Notes: generated by a model not told the origin, from the sequence alone. A stretch of DNA of 64,000 nucleotides from Candidatus Latescibacterota bacterium (GCA_965203805.1 OZ241917.1:5472001-5536000), one strand, 5' to 3'. Shown: positions 1 to 10,773, counted from the first letter of the stretch. Numbers and translations: made by a program.

Positions 1-1
1 G

Positions 2-1123
2 CCCGAAGGGCATCGGGTAAGGGTCTTCAAGGACGGCCGGCAGTTCACGCGGATGAATGACGGCACGACGATCGAGCAGTTTCCTGATGGACACAAGATA
101 CAGAAACATCCATCGGGCGTGACGCTGAAGGTTTTCGCGGACCGGTCCAGGCGCACCGTGTATTCGGACGGCTCGGAAACGGTACGCCGTCCCGATGGCG
201 TGAGGGTCGCTACACTCGCCGACGGGACGGTGATCGAGGAGTTCCCGGACGGCCGGATCGTACAGACCGATACGTCGGGCGCGCGGCTGGAGTTTCTCTC
301 GCCCGGTCGATACGTGGTGACGGACCGGGAGGGCAACCGCGTTGAGGCGCGACCTGACAGTACAGCCTCAAAACAGTTCGTGGAACCCTTTCGATACCGC
401 GGTTCGATCCGGCGTGACCTGATCCGGCTTGAACGCGCGCCGGAGCGCATCTCTCCCGGCATGGAGGCGTCCGTCCAGGGAACTGTGGCCGATGCGGTCA
501 AGGAGTTGTCAATGGCCGCGTTCGCGCTCCCGGACGGAGACGTCCTGGATATGTCCGTAGCGTTCGAGAACGAACGGTTTTCCGGGGCGCTGCTGATTCC
601 CGAGCCGGGATACTATCGGTTACAGGTTCAGGGGAGACTGGAAAACGGCGATGCGGTAATGCTGGAAGACCGCATGATGCGGGTCGGTAATCCGGAACCC
701 CTCGTGAAGCCCGTGATCGAGATCGCGCTGTATCCGGGCGACGCGGCTGCAGGCCGCCGGCTGACGGAGATGGTGAACGCCGTGCGCGGGAGCAGGGGCC
801 GCATGAGGCTGGACTGGGACGACGACCTGGCCTACGCGGCGGCGTCACACCTTAATGACATGCTGGCGTACGACTCGATTTCGCACTGGTCCCCGATGTA
901 CGGGGAACTGGAGAACCGCCTGAAGCGTCTGGACATTTCGTTTGAGGTCGCGCTGGAGAACCTGGCAGCCGCGCCTTCGCTGGAAGAGGCGCACTGGCAC
1001 CTGATGTTGAGCGCGGAACACAGGCGCAATATCCTCGATCCGAGATTGACGCATATCGGAATCGCCGTGGCGCGCGAGCGGGGCCAGGTGTGGGTAGCCG
1101 AGATCTTCAAGCGGAGAGAATAG
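2..1123 (+). CDS. 5'-truncated protein: beta-hairpin (xxxxPDG) repeats plus C-terminal CAP/SCP domain
   Basis: Frame open to the window edge; repeats such as TIEQFPDG/TVRRPDG/IEEFPDG; CAP motifs SHWSP, ENLA, SAEHRRNIL, HIGIAV. Confidence 0.75.
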   Translation, partial: PEGHRVRVFKDGRQFTRMNDGTTIEQFPDGHKIQKHPSGVTLKVFADRSRRTVYSDGSETVRRPDGVRVATLADGTVIEEFPDGRIVQTDTSGARLEFLSPGRYVVTDREGNRVEARPDSTASKQFVEPFRYRGSIRRDLIRLERAPERISPGMEASVQGTVADAVKELSMAAFALPDGDVLDMSVAFENERFSGALLIPEPGYYRLQVQGRLENGDAVMLEDRMMRVGNPEPLVKPVIEIALYPGDAAAGRRLTEMVNAVRGSRGRMRLDWDDDLAYAAASHLNDMLAYDSISHWSPMYGELENRLKRLDISFEVALENLAAAPSLEEAHWHLMLSAEHRRNILDPRLTHIGIAVARERGQVWVAEIFKRRE

Positions 1124-1230
1124 GCGAAAGAAGCGGGCACAGTTGTCAGGCAGCGTGCCCATGCGCGAAGCGACGAAGCAGATGGCCTCGCGCTTGCAGT
1201 TCCCGTTTTGTCCGTCTTTGAGGGATAACC

Positions 1231-3471
1231 GTGGGTATCGGACGTCGAACAATCTGCATCGCAATCGTCGTTTCTCAATGGTGCGGCGGCGGATTCGCGT
1301 TTCCGGCCGAGCTGAAAACGGTCGATGACCGGTTCCGGGTTGCGGTGGAACGGCTGGGAAAAGTAACCGTCGAGGAGAGCGTCCGTGAATTCAGGGACGT
1401 GCTGGCGGCGGACGAAAATTACGCGCCGGCGTACGCGGAAATTGCGAAGTTGTATATGTCTTTGAGGACACCCCTGGACCGCAGGAAGGCCGAGACGATG
1501 GTGCGCCGGGCGATTCGCCTGGACCGGGACAATCTGACGTATCAGGTTTTCCTGGGGGACCTTATGTGGCAGCAGGGGTTCTTGTCGAACGCAAAGCGTC
1601 AATATGAAGCGGTATTGGCCCGGAATCCTCAGGACGCCCGTGCCGCGTTCGGGATCGGACTGTACTATACGAAGGATTATATGAAGTATCGAAACATGAT
1701 CGACATGGAGGGCAGCAGTCATTCTGTGATGCTGGAGTGGGGCCATTTCGCCAGGGAATATCGCGAACGCGCAATAGGCAATCTCGAGCGGAGCATCCGG
1801 TACGATCCCGGATTCAAAGATGCCTACTACCAGCTGGGTCTGGTCTATATGGAGGATTTGAAATCCGCTCCCGCGGCCGCGGGCAGAGCGCTGGTCAACG
1901 TCTCCAACTCACTGTTAAAGGAGTACCCCCGACACAAGGACGCACTGCTGTTTGTCGGTCTGGGCTATCACACCGGCGGATATCCGGATTTTGCATGGGA
2001 TTATTACGTACGGGCGATTGGGAGAATGGGCGCGGAGGAACGTTCGATCATCGAATCGGTGGCGGCCGTCGCCTCGGATGAAGATCGGGTGCGTATCGCC
2101 AGAGCGGACTCGCTGCTGAATGAGGAGGGTGGACAATGGGTGGAAAGCGCAGAGCGGGAACGGTTCTGGCTGAAGCAGGATCCGCTGCTGCTGACGGAAC
2201 GGAACGAACGGCGAATGGAGCATTACCGGCGCGTGGCATACGCCAATTTGCGGTTCAGCAAGCCAAGGAGAGGAATCGATGGCTGGCGGACCCCAATGGG
2301 CAGGGTCTACATTAAGTACGGAGATCCGATCAGCCGGACGGTGACGCGTCCCGAGGTGGACCCGCGCGGTCGCCTGGTTCAGGCGCACGAGGAACTCTGG
2401 GCATACGAAGGTTTTTCCCTTCGATTCAGAAACTGGAACGGGCTGGACGGATGGCGTTTTGCCGAAGGCACTCGCTTCATTCCTTACGGCGAATGGGTGC
2501 TGAAACGAACGCCGCAACGCTACGAAGATCCCTTTCGCGGCTTGAAATACAGCCTGCCGTACCAGGTGGCCGCGTTCCGTGATGCCGGGAAGATACGGCT
2601 CGAGGTGGCCTACGCGATCGCAAAAGAGCGATTGAAGACGTCCGGCGCGGGTGCCCTCGACCTGCAGGACGGGCTCTTCCTGTTCGACGGCGACTGGAAA
2701 GAGGTTTCGCGGGCGGTGTATGCGACCCGGCGGCTCGAGGACGCGGGAACGGACAGTGTGAGGGGCCGGTACCTGTTGTCAAAATCGACGCTGATCATCG
2801 GACCGGGGGACTACAATCTCATCGCCGAGGTCCAGGACCGAAAGACACGTTCCATCGGGACGTTCAGGAACACGTTTGCATTGGCAGCAGAAGATTCATC
2901 GCCCGCGATGAGCGACCTGCTGGTGGCAACCGACATCCGGATGGACGATCCGTTTCCAGAGCGGCGGACAGACTTGAAAGTGGCGTTGAATCCGCTGCAC
3001 ACGATCTTTCGGTCGGAGTCGATGTACATCTATTTCGAGGTCTATAACCTGGTAAAGGATGATTTCGGACGGACGAACTTCGAAATTACGTATCGGATCG
3101 GACAGCCGGACGAAACCGAGGTGATTCCCGCGCGATTCGAGGCAGTCTCAATGGCGGAGCCCCCGGGAAAGGTGCGCATTACTCTCGGAAGAAGCCTGGA
3201 AGGCGGCCGGGTTGAGATGCGGGCGAATTATCACCCTGCCGAACGGAATATGGTCTCCAGGACGCTTCGCAGATTTGACGGGGATACCGGTGAAACCGCG
3301 GTCACCGTCCGGTACGAAGGAGACCGGACGGATGATTTCACCTGGCTTCAAATCGATCTGGACAGGGTGCCCGAGGGCGTACACAGGCTGTCGGTTGAAC
3401 TGAAGGACCTGAACAGGGAGAGTCAGGGAGACGAAAGACGCGTGTTGTTCCGCGTCATTGGAGACGAGTGA
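1231..3471 (+). CDS. TPR + GWxTD-domain protein
   Basis: N-terminal TPRs; FW..QDP...NER..EHYRRVAYAN..F...GWRTPMGRVYIKYGDP signature. Confidence 0.8.
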   Translation: MGIGRRTICIAIVVSQWCGGGFAFPAELKTVDDRFRVAVERLGKVTVEESVREFRDVLAADENYAPAYAEIAKLYMSLRTPLDRRKAETMVRRAIRLDRDNLTYQVFLGDLMWQQGFLSNAKRQYEAVLARNPQDARAAFGIGLYYTKDYMKYRNMIDMEGSSHSVMLEWGHFAREYRERAIGNLERSIRYDPGFKDAYYQLGLVYMEDLKSAPAAAGRALVNVSNSLLKEYPRHKDALLFVGLGYHTGGYPDFAWDYYVRAIGRMGAEERSIIESVAAVASDEDRVRIARADSLLNEEGGQWVESAERERFWLKQDPLLLTERNERRMEHYRRVAYANLRFSKPRRGIDGWRTPMGRVYIKYGDPISRTVTRPEVDPRGRLVQAHEELWAYEGFSLRFRNWNGLDGWRFAEGTRFIPYGEWVLKRTPQRYEDPFRGLKYSLPYQVAAFRDAGKIRLEVAYAIAKERLKTSGAGALDLQDGLFLFDGDWKEVSRAVYATRRLEDAGTDSVRGRYLLSKSTLIIGPGDYNLIAEVQDRKTRSIGTFRNTFALAAEDSSPAMSDLLVATDIRMDDPFPERRTDLKVALNPLHTIFRSESMYIYFEVYNLVKDDFGRTNFEITYRIGQPDETEVIPARFEAVSMAEPPGKVRITLGRSLEGGRVEMRANYHPAERNMVSRTLRRFDGDTGETAVTVRYEGDRTDDFTWLQIDLDRVPEGVHRLSVELKDLNRESQGDERRVLFRVIGDE

Positions 3472-4258
3472 CGTCGCGGGGCACTTTCAGCCGAAACCGG
3501 TCTTCCGGCACGCCGGAATTGACCTTCCGGCGGATGACCTGAATCCGGATCCGGTCGCCGCCGTGGACGATCTCCATCCGGCGGGGAAGCGGGATGCCAC
3601 TCTGCAGCTGGTAATCGGAGAGGTTGCGGCGGGATATCAACAACCCGCCGGGTGAGTAGACCCGCTCTTCGAGCAGGACGGCGGTGCTGGGGTCAAACCG
3701 AAGGCGGCGCGTCCACAGCGGTTCGATGATTTCCAGGTTGAGACTGTCGGGGCCGGCCTGGAATTCGCCGATACGCGGCAGACTCAGCGGAGACATGTTG
3801 ACGAGACCCAGCATGGCGTGCGTGGCCCCGTAGGGCGTGAGATCCACGCCCGTGACGGTTCGGAGCACGTCCTCTGAAGGCCCCTCCAGATAGTGGTTGG
3901 TTCTTGGCAGGTATATGGAGAGAGAGTCGCCGCGAGCCAGGGCCGAGAGGACGCCAAGGCCGAGCAGGGCATCCGTCATCTCGATTTTCAGAACGCCCGG
4001 CGCCCGGTAGAAAAGCACGACGCCCCCCTTTTGTTTGACGCCGTCGATGCGCATGTCCATTCCTGCGCGGACGTTAAGATCCTTGAGGCTGTCGGCCCGC
4101 GCGGTGACAATGCGCAGCAGGTCGTCGGGGGTTGAAACCGGTGCGACTTCAGGGAGGCGGGAAAGAGACGCGGCGCAGCCGGGAAGCGCCAGGAGAAGTA
4201 GATATAGGAGCGGCGTTGACGCGAGGGATCGCGTTCCGGACCGCTGACGGGTTGCCAT
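3455..4258 (-). CDS. Putative lipoprotein, LolA/LolB-like fold (DUF4292-like)
   Basis: Lipobox LPGC after a hydrophobic stretch; beta-rich; C-terminal F.L.VP motif; follows TPR lipoprotein gene. Confidence 0.6.
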   Translation of the reverse strand: MATRQRSGTRSLASTPLLYLLLLALPGCAASLSRLPEVAPVSTPDDLLRIVTARADSLKDLNVRAGMDMRIDGVKQKGGVVLFYRAPGVLKIEMTDALLGLGVLSALARGDSLSIYLPRTNHYLEGPSEDVLRTVTGVDLTPYGATHAMLGLVNMSPLSLPRIGEFQAGPDSLNLEIIEPLWTRRLRFDPSTAVLLEERVYSPGGLLISRRNLSDYQLQSGIPLPRRMEIVHGGDRIRIQVIRRKVNSGVPEDRFRLKVPRDVTRLQ

Positions 4259-4259
4259 G

Positions 4260-6170
4260 TCAGGGTCCGCTTGCGCTATTGGGGCCGAATGATTGCAGTT
4301 TGCGTTGTATGGACTCGTTCCCGGGATTCAGGTCTGCCGCGCGTTGCCAGTGTTCGACGGCTTCCTCGATACTGCCCAGGGCCCGGGCGGCATCGCCCAC
4401 GTGATCCAGGATGATCGACAGATTCTCGCGCTGACCGGCTGTGCGTAACGCCGCCTCGATTTCGTTGAACCTGCTTTCTTCGACCTTGAGCGCGTGCTTG
4501 AGGTATTTCATCGCTTCGTCGTAACGCCGTTGCTGGAAGTAGACCCATCCCATGCTGTCCAGGTACGCGCCGTTATTCGGGTCGCCCTTCAACGCGCGTA
4601 TGATATAGTCTTCCGCTTCACCCAGGCGAATGCCTTTTTCCGCGAACATGTACCCCAGATAGTTCAACGCCTTGTGGTTGTCCGGCGCCCGGGCGAGAAG
4701 GCGCTGAAATACGGCCACCGCGCTGTCGAAGCGACCCGCGCGCTCGTAACTGTGGCCCAGGTCGAAAAGCACATCCTCCAGGAGTTCCCTGTCGTCTTGA
4801 AGGCGATTTTTCAGGCTCTCCAGGGCGGGAATCGCCGCCTCCCAGTTCTTCTCGGCCAGGTAGGTGCGGCCAACCGCCAGTTGATAGCGAAACTCATCCG
4901 GCCGGGCGTCGACGGCCCGGCTGTAGACCTGCCTCGCCTGCGCGGTACGATCGCTCAAGGCGTATGCCCCCCCAAGCGTGAACACGATCCGGGAATAGAT
5001 TTCGGAATCCGCGGGTGTCTCGCCGAAAAGTCCATCGAGAATCTCGATCGCGGGGTCCAGGTCGCGTTCGCTCAGATAGGTGCGCGCAACGCCCAGGCGG
5101 TACCAGGGGTCCGGGTCAAGCGAAATCGCCTTGCGGAAGGCGCGTCTGGCTTCTTCCGGCCGGCCGCTCGCACGGAGCAGCGATGCCTTCCGGCCAAGCA
5201 GATCGTGTCGTTCGGGCAGTTCGCCGATGAGGCGGTCCAGAAGGGCTTCCGTATGTCGATAACGACGCTTCACCAGGACGCTATCGGCGCCCGATGACGG
5301 AATGCTTTGCGGAAGGTATGCGGACAGGCGGTCCAGGAAAAGCGTGTCCGGCGGGGTTTCCGAGACAAGCGCCTCCAGATGGTCTTCGCGGTCGTAGATG
5401 GCGATGAGCTTCTGCCAGAACGCCTGGGTGGTCTGGTTGAGGCGGTGTCGGAAATGTGCGAGCCCCGTTCGATAGATGGCCGCGGCGCCCAGGGTGTCGC
5501 CCCCGGCGATTGTCAGGTCGCCAAGGCGATTCCAGATCTGCGCCTGCTCGGGATCGCGATGGAGGATGCGGCGGTAGATCCCGGCCGCCTTACGAGGCAG
5601 ATTCAGGCGCTGATATCCGTCGGCGATCAACAGATCGTACCGGATGTTCGGCGCCGGCACAGACGCGGCCCGATCCAGTACACGGAGGACTTCCTGGCGT
5701 TGCCGTCGGGCGGTGTAAATCTGGAGCAGCTGGGCATAGGCCCGGAAATCGGCGGGATTCAGGCGGGTGACCGCCTCGAGCTGGGCCGCGGCCAGCAGTG
5801 TGTCCCGCTGCCCCTTGACAAGGGTGTCATAGAGCAGCCAGCGATGGGCCGGCGCCCGCGGTTCCAGTCGCACGGCCTTGCGCGCGACGTCACCGGCTTC
5901 GGCGATCCGGTTCAACGAAATCAGATTGCGGGCCAGCGAAGTGTACAGCGTGGCCGCGGTGGAGTCGATGGCAATGGCCGCCCTCAGCGCCGCCACGGCG
6001 TCTTCGAGCTGCCCCGCAAGTTCGAACCGTTTGGCGTCTATGAAGTGTCCCATCGCCCGCGGGTCGGCGCCGCGGGGTTTCGGCTGCGGCGGGACGACAG
6101 CCTGCCGGGGCGCGGCGCAGCCCGCGATGGCTGTCAGAAGGACGAGCGGGATGATTTTACGTAAATCCAT
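4260..6170 (-). CDS. TPR-repeat lipoprotein
   Basis: Lipobox IAGC; many TPRs; ALNYLGY...NGAYLDSMGWVYF motif. Confidence 0.85.
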   Translation of the reverse strand: MDLRKIIPLVLLTAIAGCAAPRQAVVPPQPKPRGADPRAMGHFIDAKRFELAGQLEDAVAALRAAIAIDSTAATLYTSLARNLISLNRIAEAGDVARKAVRLEPRAPAHRWLLYDTLVKGQRDTLLAAAQLEAVTRLNPADFRAYAQLLQIYTARRQRQEVLRVLDRAASVPAPNIRYDLLIADGYQRLNLPRKAAGIYRRILHRDPEQAQIWNRLGDLTIAGGDTLGAAAIYRTGLAHFRHRLNQTTQAFWQKLIAIYDREDHLEALVSETPPDTLFLDRLSAYLPQSIPSSGADSVLVKRRYRHTEALLDRLIGELPERHDLLGRKASLLRASGRPEEARRAFRKAISLDPDPWYRLGVARTYLSERDLDPAIEILDGLFGETPADSEIYSRIVFTLGGAYALSDRTAQARQVYSRAVDARPDEFRYQLAVGRTYLAEKNWEAAIPALESLKNRLQDDRELLEDVLFDLGHSYERAGRFDSAVAVFQRLLARAPDNHKALNYLGYMFAEKGIRLGEAEDYIIRALKGDPNNGAYLDSMGWVYFQQRRYDEAMKYLKHALKVEESRFNEIEAALRTAGQRENLSIILDHVGDAARALGSIEEAVEHWQRAADLNPGNESIQRKLQSFGPNSASGP

Positions 6171-6245
6171 AGAATATGCGCTGAAAAATCCGGAAGAACG
6201 GGTGACGGACCAGGCGGTGAAAATCCGTTTTTTCGACGTTCCGGA

Positions 6246-7658
6246 TCAAAAAAGGTTGCCCGCTCGTTTTTCAAGGAGCAGCTTGCCGGCCTCGTTCTCG
6301 ATGGGGATGGGATAGTCCTGCGTAAAGCAGGCGGTGCAGTACTGAAGCGATGAATTGGGGGCCACGCCGAGCATGCCGTCGAGGGAGAGATAACCCAGGC
6401 TGTCCACGCCGAGGTGTTCACGGATCTGTTCCACGGTCTTGGCGCTGGCGATCAGTTCCTTCTCGGTCTGAAAGTCGATGCCGTAAAAGCATGGCCCGAC
6501 GATTGGCGGGCAGCTCACGCGGACGTGAACCTGACGGGCGCCGGCTTCGCGCAACATTCGAATCAGGTGTTTGAGCGTCGTGCCCCGGACAATCGAATCT
6601 TCCACGACAACCACGCGCTTTCCATTCAGAACGCCCCTGACGGGGTTGTATTTGAGGCGGACCTTGGACGATCGGCTGTCCTGTCCCGGCGTGATAAAGG
6701 TGCGTCCCACGTAGTGGTTCCGTATGAGGCCGATTTCGTGTTTGATGCCGGATTGATTGGCGTAACCCAGCGCCGCGGTATTGCTGGAGTCCGGCACGGA
6801 TATCACGATGTCCGCGGCGGCAGGCTGCTCGATGGCAAGTTGCCTGCCCAGCCGGCGCCGGGTCTTGTCCACGTTGTCGCCGAAGATGATGCTGTCGGGC
6901 CTCGAGAAGTAAATGTATTCGAAAATGCAGAACGCGTGCCGGTCGGCCTCCTCGGTCGTGAAGGCGCGGAGACCGTGCGTGTCTATCATCACGAGTTCGC
7001 CGGGTTCGATGTCGCGAATGTAACGCGCCGAAATGATGTCGAGCGCGCATGACTCGGACGCAACGATCCAGGCATCGCCGAGCTGACCCAGACACAACGG
7101 ACGGAAACCGAAGGGATCGCGGGCCGCGAACAGCTGGTTTTCCGTGGCCAGGACCAGAGAATACGCGCCGTCGATCTGCCTCAGTGCGCCTATGATACGA
7201 TCGACCATCTTCTCTTCCCGGGACCTGGCGACGAGATGGAGGATCAGTTCGCTGTCGGTTGTGGTCTGAAAGATGGCGCCGTCGTCCTGCATCCCGTTGC
7301 GGAGTTCGGCTGTATTGGTGAGGTTGCCGTTGTGCGCGACGGCGACGAAGGCGTCCCGGCACTCCGCCAGAAAAGGCTGGGCGTTGGAAAGGGTGTCCGA
7401 CCCGGTGGTCGAATACCGATTGTGTCCGATGGCCAGGTGGCCGGGAAGCCGCTCCAATACGCCGGCTTCCGCGAATACATCGGCCACCTGTCCCATTTCG
7501 GTGTGGCGAAACAGGTACTCGCCGTTTCCGGAAACGATGCCGCTGCTCTCCTCGCCCCGGTGCTGCAGCGCGTGCAGGCCCAGCGTGGTGAGCTTCGCCG
7601 CATCGCTATTCCCGTAGATGCCGAAGATGCCGCAAAAGTGTTTGACACTATTGTCCAT
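6246..7658 (-). CDS. purF: Amidophosphoribosyltransferase
   Basis: CGIFG after a short propeptide, LQHRG, GHNRYST, VEDSIVRGTT. Confidence 0.97.
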   Translation of the reverse strand: MDNSVKHFCGIFGIYGNSDAAKLTTLGLHALQHRGEESSGIVSGNGEYLFRHTEMGQVADVFAEAGVLERLPGHLAIGHNRYSTTGSDTLSNAQPFLAECRDAFVAVAHNGNLTNTAELRNGMQDDGAIFQTTTDSELILHLVARSREEKMVDRIIGALRQIDGAYSLVLATENQLFAARDPFGFRPLCLGQLGDAWIVASESCALDIISARYIRDIEPGELVMIDTHGLRAFTTEEADRHAFCIFEYIYFSRPDSIIFGDNVDKTRRRLGRQLAIEQPAAADIVISVPDSSNTAALGYANQSGIKHEIGLIRNHYVGRTFITPGQDSRSSKVRLKYNPVRGVLNGKRVVVVEDSIVRGTTLKHLIRMLREAGARQVHVRVSCPPIVGPCFYGIDFQTEKELIASAKTVEQIREHLGVDSLGYLSLDGMLGVAPNSSLQYCTACFTQDYPIPIENEAGKLLLEKRAGNLF

Positions 7659-7739
7659 CGACCCTCCTGTCGGCGGTATGCAGGACTGTTGTGCAGGAAA
7701 CTCGCGAATGGGTCAAAGTGCTCGCAGGGTCCGTAAACG

Positions 7740-9905
7740 TCAGTGCCGGCGTCGCCGCCGCCTGCCCGCTTTCCCTCTGCGGCGCCGGCCGCGTTCGGGC
7801 GTGGACCCACCTTCTTTAAGGAAGAGATCGAGCCGTCGGAATCTCCGGTCGGCGTGTACAACCTGAACCACCACCGGGTCGCCCAGCCTGAAACGCCTGC
7901 CGCGACGTTCTCCAATCAGGGCGCCTTCGGTCTCGTGATACACATAGTAATCGTCTGCCAGCGTACTGACCCTGACGAGTCCGTCGATCAGGAATTCTTC
8001 GAGCTGTGCGAAGAATCCCATGGGCCGGACGCCAACGATAACGGCGTTGAATACATCGCCGACGCGATCTTCCAGATAGCGGATCTGTTTGACCTTGATG
8101 GACGCCCTCTCCGCCTCCTGAGCCACGGTTTCACGGCCGGTCGTGATCCTGCCCAGAGCCGGCAATTTTTCGCGGAGCCCGTTCTTTCTTTCTTCGGTCA
8201 ATCCGCCGGCTTCTCTCAGCAGGCGATGGACCATCAGGTCCGGGTATCGACGAATGGGGGATGTGAAGTGGGTGTAGTTTTCGCAGGCAAGACCGAAGTG
8301 GCCGATGTTGTCCGGTGAGTACACGGCTTTCTTCATGGACTGCAACAACCATGCATTCAGTACCTGACCGACAGGCTTCCCTTCGACGTCCGCAAGAAAC
8401 TTCTGAATGTCGGCCGCAGTAATCCGGTTCCGCCGTGGAAACCCGAATCCGAAGGCTGCCACGGCGTCTGCGAATTCCGAGAGTTTACTCGCATCGGGCT
8501 TTTCGTGAACCCGGTAGAGGCCGGGCAGATTCCGGTCGCGCAAATGGCAGGCCACGGTTTCGTTGGCCAGCAACATGAACTCTTCGATAATGCGGTGGCT
8601 GTCGAGGCGTTCGCTCTTGCGAATCGAAGTGACATTGCCCTCCCGGTCCACGTCAAGAAGGGGTTCGGCAATATTGAAATCGATCGCGCCTCGCTTCAAT
8701 CGCCGGCGGGTAATGCGCCTCCGAAGATTGTCCATCTTCCGCATCAGGCCGCTGTGGGGCGTTGACCCGGTCTTTCCGCCGCCGTTAAGACACTTCTGGG
8801 CCTGCAGGTAGGACAGCTTCGCCCGGCTTCGGACCACGGACGGGACGATCTCCGCCTTCGTCGATCTCCCGTTTTCGTCGAGATCGATGAGAACGCTGAT
8901 TGCAAGCCGGTCCTTGTCCGGCAGGAGCGAGCACAGGTTTCCGGACAGCCTTTCCGGCAGCATGGGAATCACCCGGCCGGCGAGGTAGACGCTGGTTCCC
9001 CTCGTCAGTGCTTCATGGTCCAGCGGGCCGCCTTCCTTGACGTAGTGCCCGACGTCGGATATGTGCACGCCCAGACGGTATCCGCCTCCGGGCCGGTCTT
9101 CGAGAGAGACGGCGTCGTCGTGGTCGCGGGCGTCTTCCGGATCGATGGTAATGCAAACGAGATGACGGAGGTCCTGCCGTTTGCGGGTTTCCGCCGCGGG
9201 AATCCGGTCTGAAAATTCCTCCGCGGCTTCGAGAACGTTCGGGGGGAACTCGATGGGAAGGTCGTACTCTTTCACGATGGAAAGGGTGTCGATGCCGGGG
9301 TCGTCGGGGTGTCCCAGGATTTCGACGATCTCGCCTTCGGGATCGGGATTTTCCGGGAGCCACGACCTGAGGCGGACCACAACCAGCTGACCGTCCCGGG
9401 CCCCACCGGCATCTTCCGGGGAGACGTAGACGTCCCTGGGCATTCGGGGATCGTCCGGTTCCACAAATCCGACGCGCGGTCCGGCGCGAAAGATCCCGAT
9501 AATACATCTCGCGCCGCGTTCCAGTACGCGGACGATCTCGCCTTCGGGCTTTCCGCCGCGCCTGCGGGAAACGCGGGCCACCACACGGTCGCCGTGCAAC
9601 CCGCCGCGCAGGCCCCCCGGCCCCACGAAAATATCCGGGGTTCCACCGTCGCGACAAACAAACCCGAATCCGTCGGGGTTGACGCTCAGCAGACCCGTGG
9701 CGAGATTGAGCCGGTCAGGAGGACCGAAGCGGTTGTTGCGCAGCCTGACGATCGCGCCTTCCCGTTCGAGTTGGATGAGCAGGCGACGAAATTGCCGGTA
9801 GTCGTGCTCGGGCACTCGCAACGCCCGGCTCAGTTCGCGACGTTTGAGCGGGCGGCCCGCTTCTTTACAGATGAAATTCAGAACCCGGTCGCGGGTTATG
9901 GGCAT
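7740..9905 (-). CDS. rnr: Ribonuclease R
   Basis: TIDPEDARDHDDA, IIEEFMLLAN, HFTSPIRRYPDL, S1 domain, basic tail. Confidence 0.96.
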   Translation of the reverse strand: MPITRDRVLNFICKEAGRPLKRRELSRALRVPEHDYRQFRRLLIQLEREGAIVRLRNNRFGPPDRLNLATGLLSVNPDGFGFVCRDGGTPDIFVGPGGLRGGLHGDRVVARVSRRRGGKPEGEIVRVLERGARCIIGIFRAGPRVGFVEPDDPRMPRDVYVSPEDAGGARDGQLVVVRLRSWLPENPDPEGEIVEILGHPDDPGIDTLSIVKEYDLPIEFPPNVLEAAEEFSDRIPAAETRKRQDLRHLVCITIDPEDARDHDDAVSLEDRPGGGYRLGVHISDVGHYVKEGGPLDHEALTRGTSVYLAGRVIPMLPERLSGNLCSLLPDKDRLAISVLIDLDENGRSTKAEIVPSVVRSRAKLSYLQAQKCLNGGGKTGSTPHSGLMRKMDNLRRRITRRRLKRGAIDFNIAEPLLDVDREGNVTSIRKSERLDSHRIIEEFMLLANETVACHLRDRNLPGLYRVHEKPDASKLSEFADAVAAFGFGFPRRNRITAADIQKFLADVEGKPVGQVLNAWLLQSMKKAVYSPDNIGHFGLACENYTHFTSPIRRYPDLMVHRLLREAGGLTEERKNGLREKLPALGRITTGRETVAQEAERASIKVKQIRYLEDRVGDVFNAVIVGVRPMGFFAQLEEFLIDGLVRVSTLADDYYVYHETEGALIGERRGRRFRLGDPVVVQVVHADRRFRRLDLFLKEGGSTPERGRRRRGKAGRRRRRRH

Positions 9906-10178
9906 GGCGATATTCCATCCCGGTCACGCAGATCCTGAAACAATTCCGAAACGCGGGCGCCGCCGCTATTCTCTTGATGCACGGAGGCGAAATCTTTACC
10001 TTTGTGCGACCGTCTGAGTACGCATTTAATATATAAGCAAGCGCGGAGAAAATCAAAAATAAATGGGCAGAAATAATGGAAAATCCACTCAGATGAGAAG
10101 GTGGGTTTCGAGGAGTTCATCCGGGTTCGCCGGGTAGAGCGTACCGCACAGGAAGTATTTCACCAAAGGAGTCTGGTT

Positions 10179-10640
10179 ATGAGACGTCTGATACCGGTAG
10201 TCCTCCTGCCGCTTTCTCTGATGTTTCTGCACGGGTCTGCAGGTTCGCACTGTGAGATCCCCTGCGGGATCTATGGCGACGACGCCAGGTTCACCGCCAT
10301 CGCGGAGAATCTGACGACGATAGAGAAATCGATGAATCAAATCATCCAGCTTTCGTCCGAACCGGGCAAGAACGCGAATCAGATCGTCCGGTGGGTGAAT
10401 AACAAGGAAGCCCATGCGGACCACATTCGCGAAATTGTGGCGCAGTACTTCCTGGCGCAGCGCATCAAGGCGCCCGCGGACGACGATCCGGCCGCGCGCG
10501 CGGCCTATTCCGGGAAGCTGGCATTGCTGCATCAGATGATCGTCTCCGCGATGAAATGCAAGCAGACCACCGACACCGCGCACGTCATGAAATCGCGGGA
10601 ACTGCTGCAGGCGTTTCAGACGCTCTACAATAAGAAATAA
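10179..10640 (+). CDS. sodN: Nickel superoxide dismutase with signal-peptide-like leader
   Basis: Ni-hook HCEIPCGIYGD; RBS AAGGAG before ATG 10179. Confidence 0.93.
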   Translation: MRRLIPVVLLPLSLMFLHGSAGSHCEIPCGIYGDDARFTAIAENLTTIEKSMNQIIQLSSEPGKNANQIVRWVNNKEAHADHIREIVAQYFLAQRIKAPADDDPAARAAYSGKLALLHQMIVSAMKCKQTTDTAHVMKSRELLQAFQTLYNKK

Positions 10641-10690
10641 GAGATAGCCGGCCGCGGGCCATCCTGAACATGCGAGCCGCAGGAATAATC

Positions 10691-10725
10691 ACGCCGGATC
10701 TTCCCGGGAAGGTCCGGTGTTTTTT
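10691..10725 (+). terminator. Intrinsic terminator after sodN
   Basis: ACGCCGGATCTTCC/GGAAGGTCCGGTGT stem followed by T-run. Confidence 0.8.
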
Positions 10726-10744
10726 CGCAATGGTCAGATTTTCC

Positions 10745-10773
10745 TTGCCAACAATAAGCCGGTATGATATATT
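10745..10773 (+). promoter_or_regulatory. Sigma70-type promoter of groESL
   Basis: TTGCCA-N17-TATATT with extended TG, just upstream of CIRCE. Confidence 0.65.
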
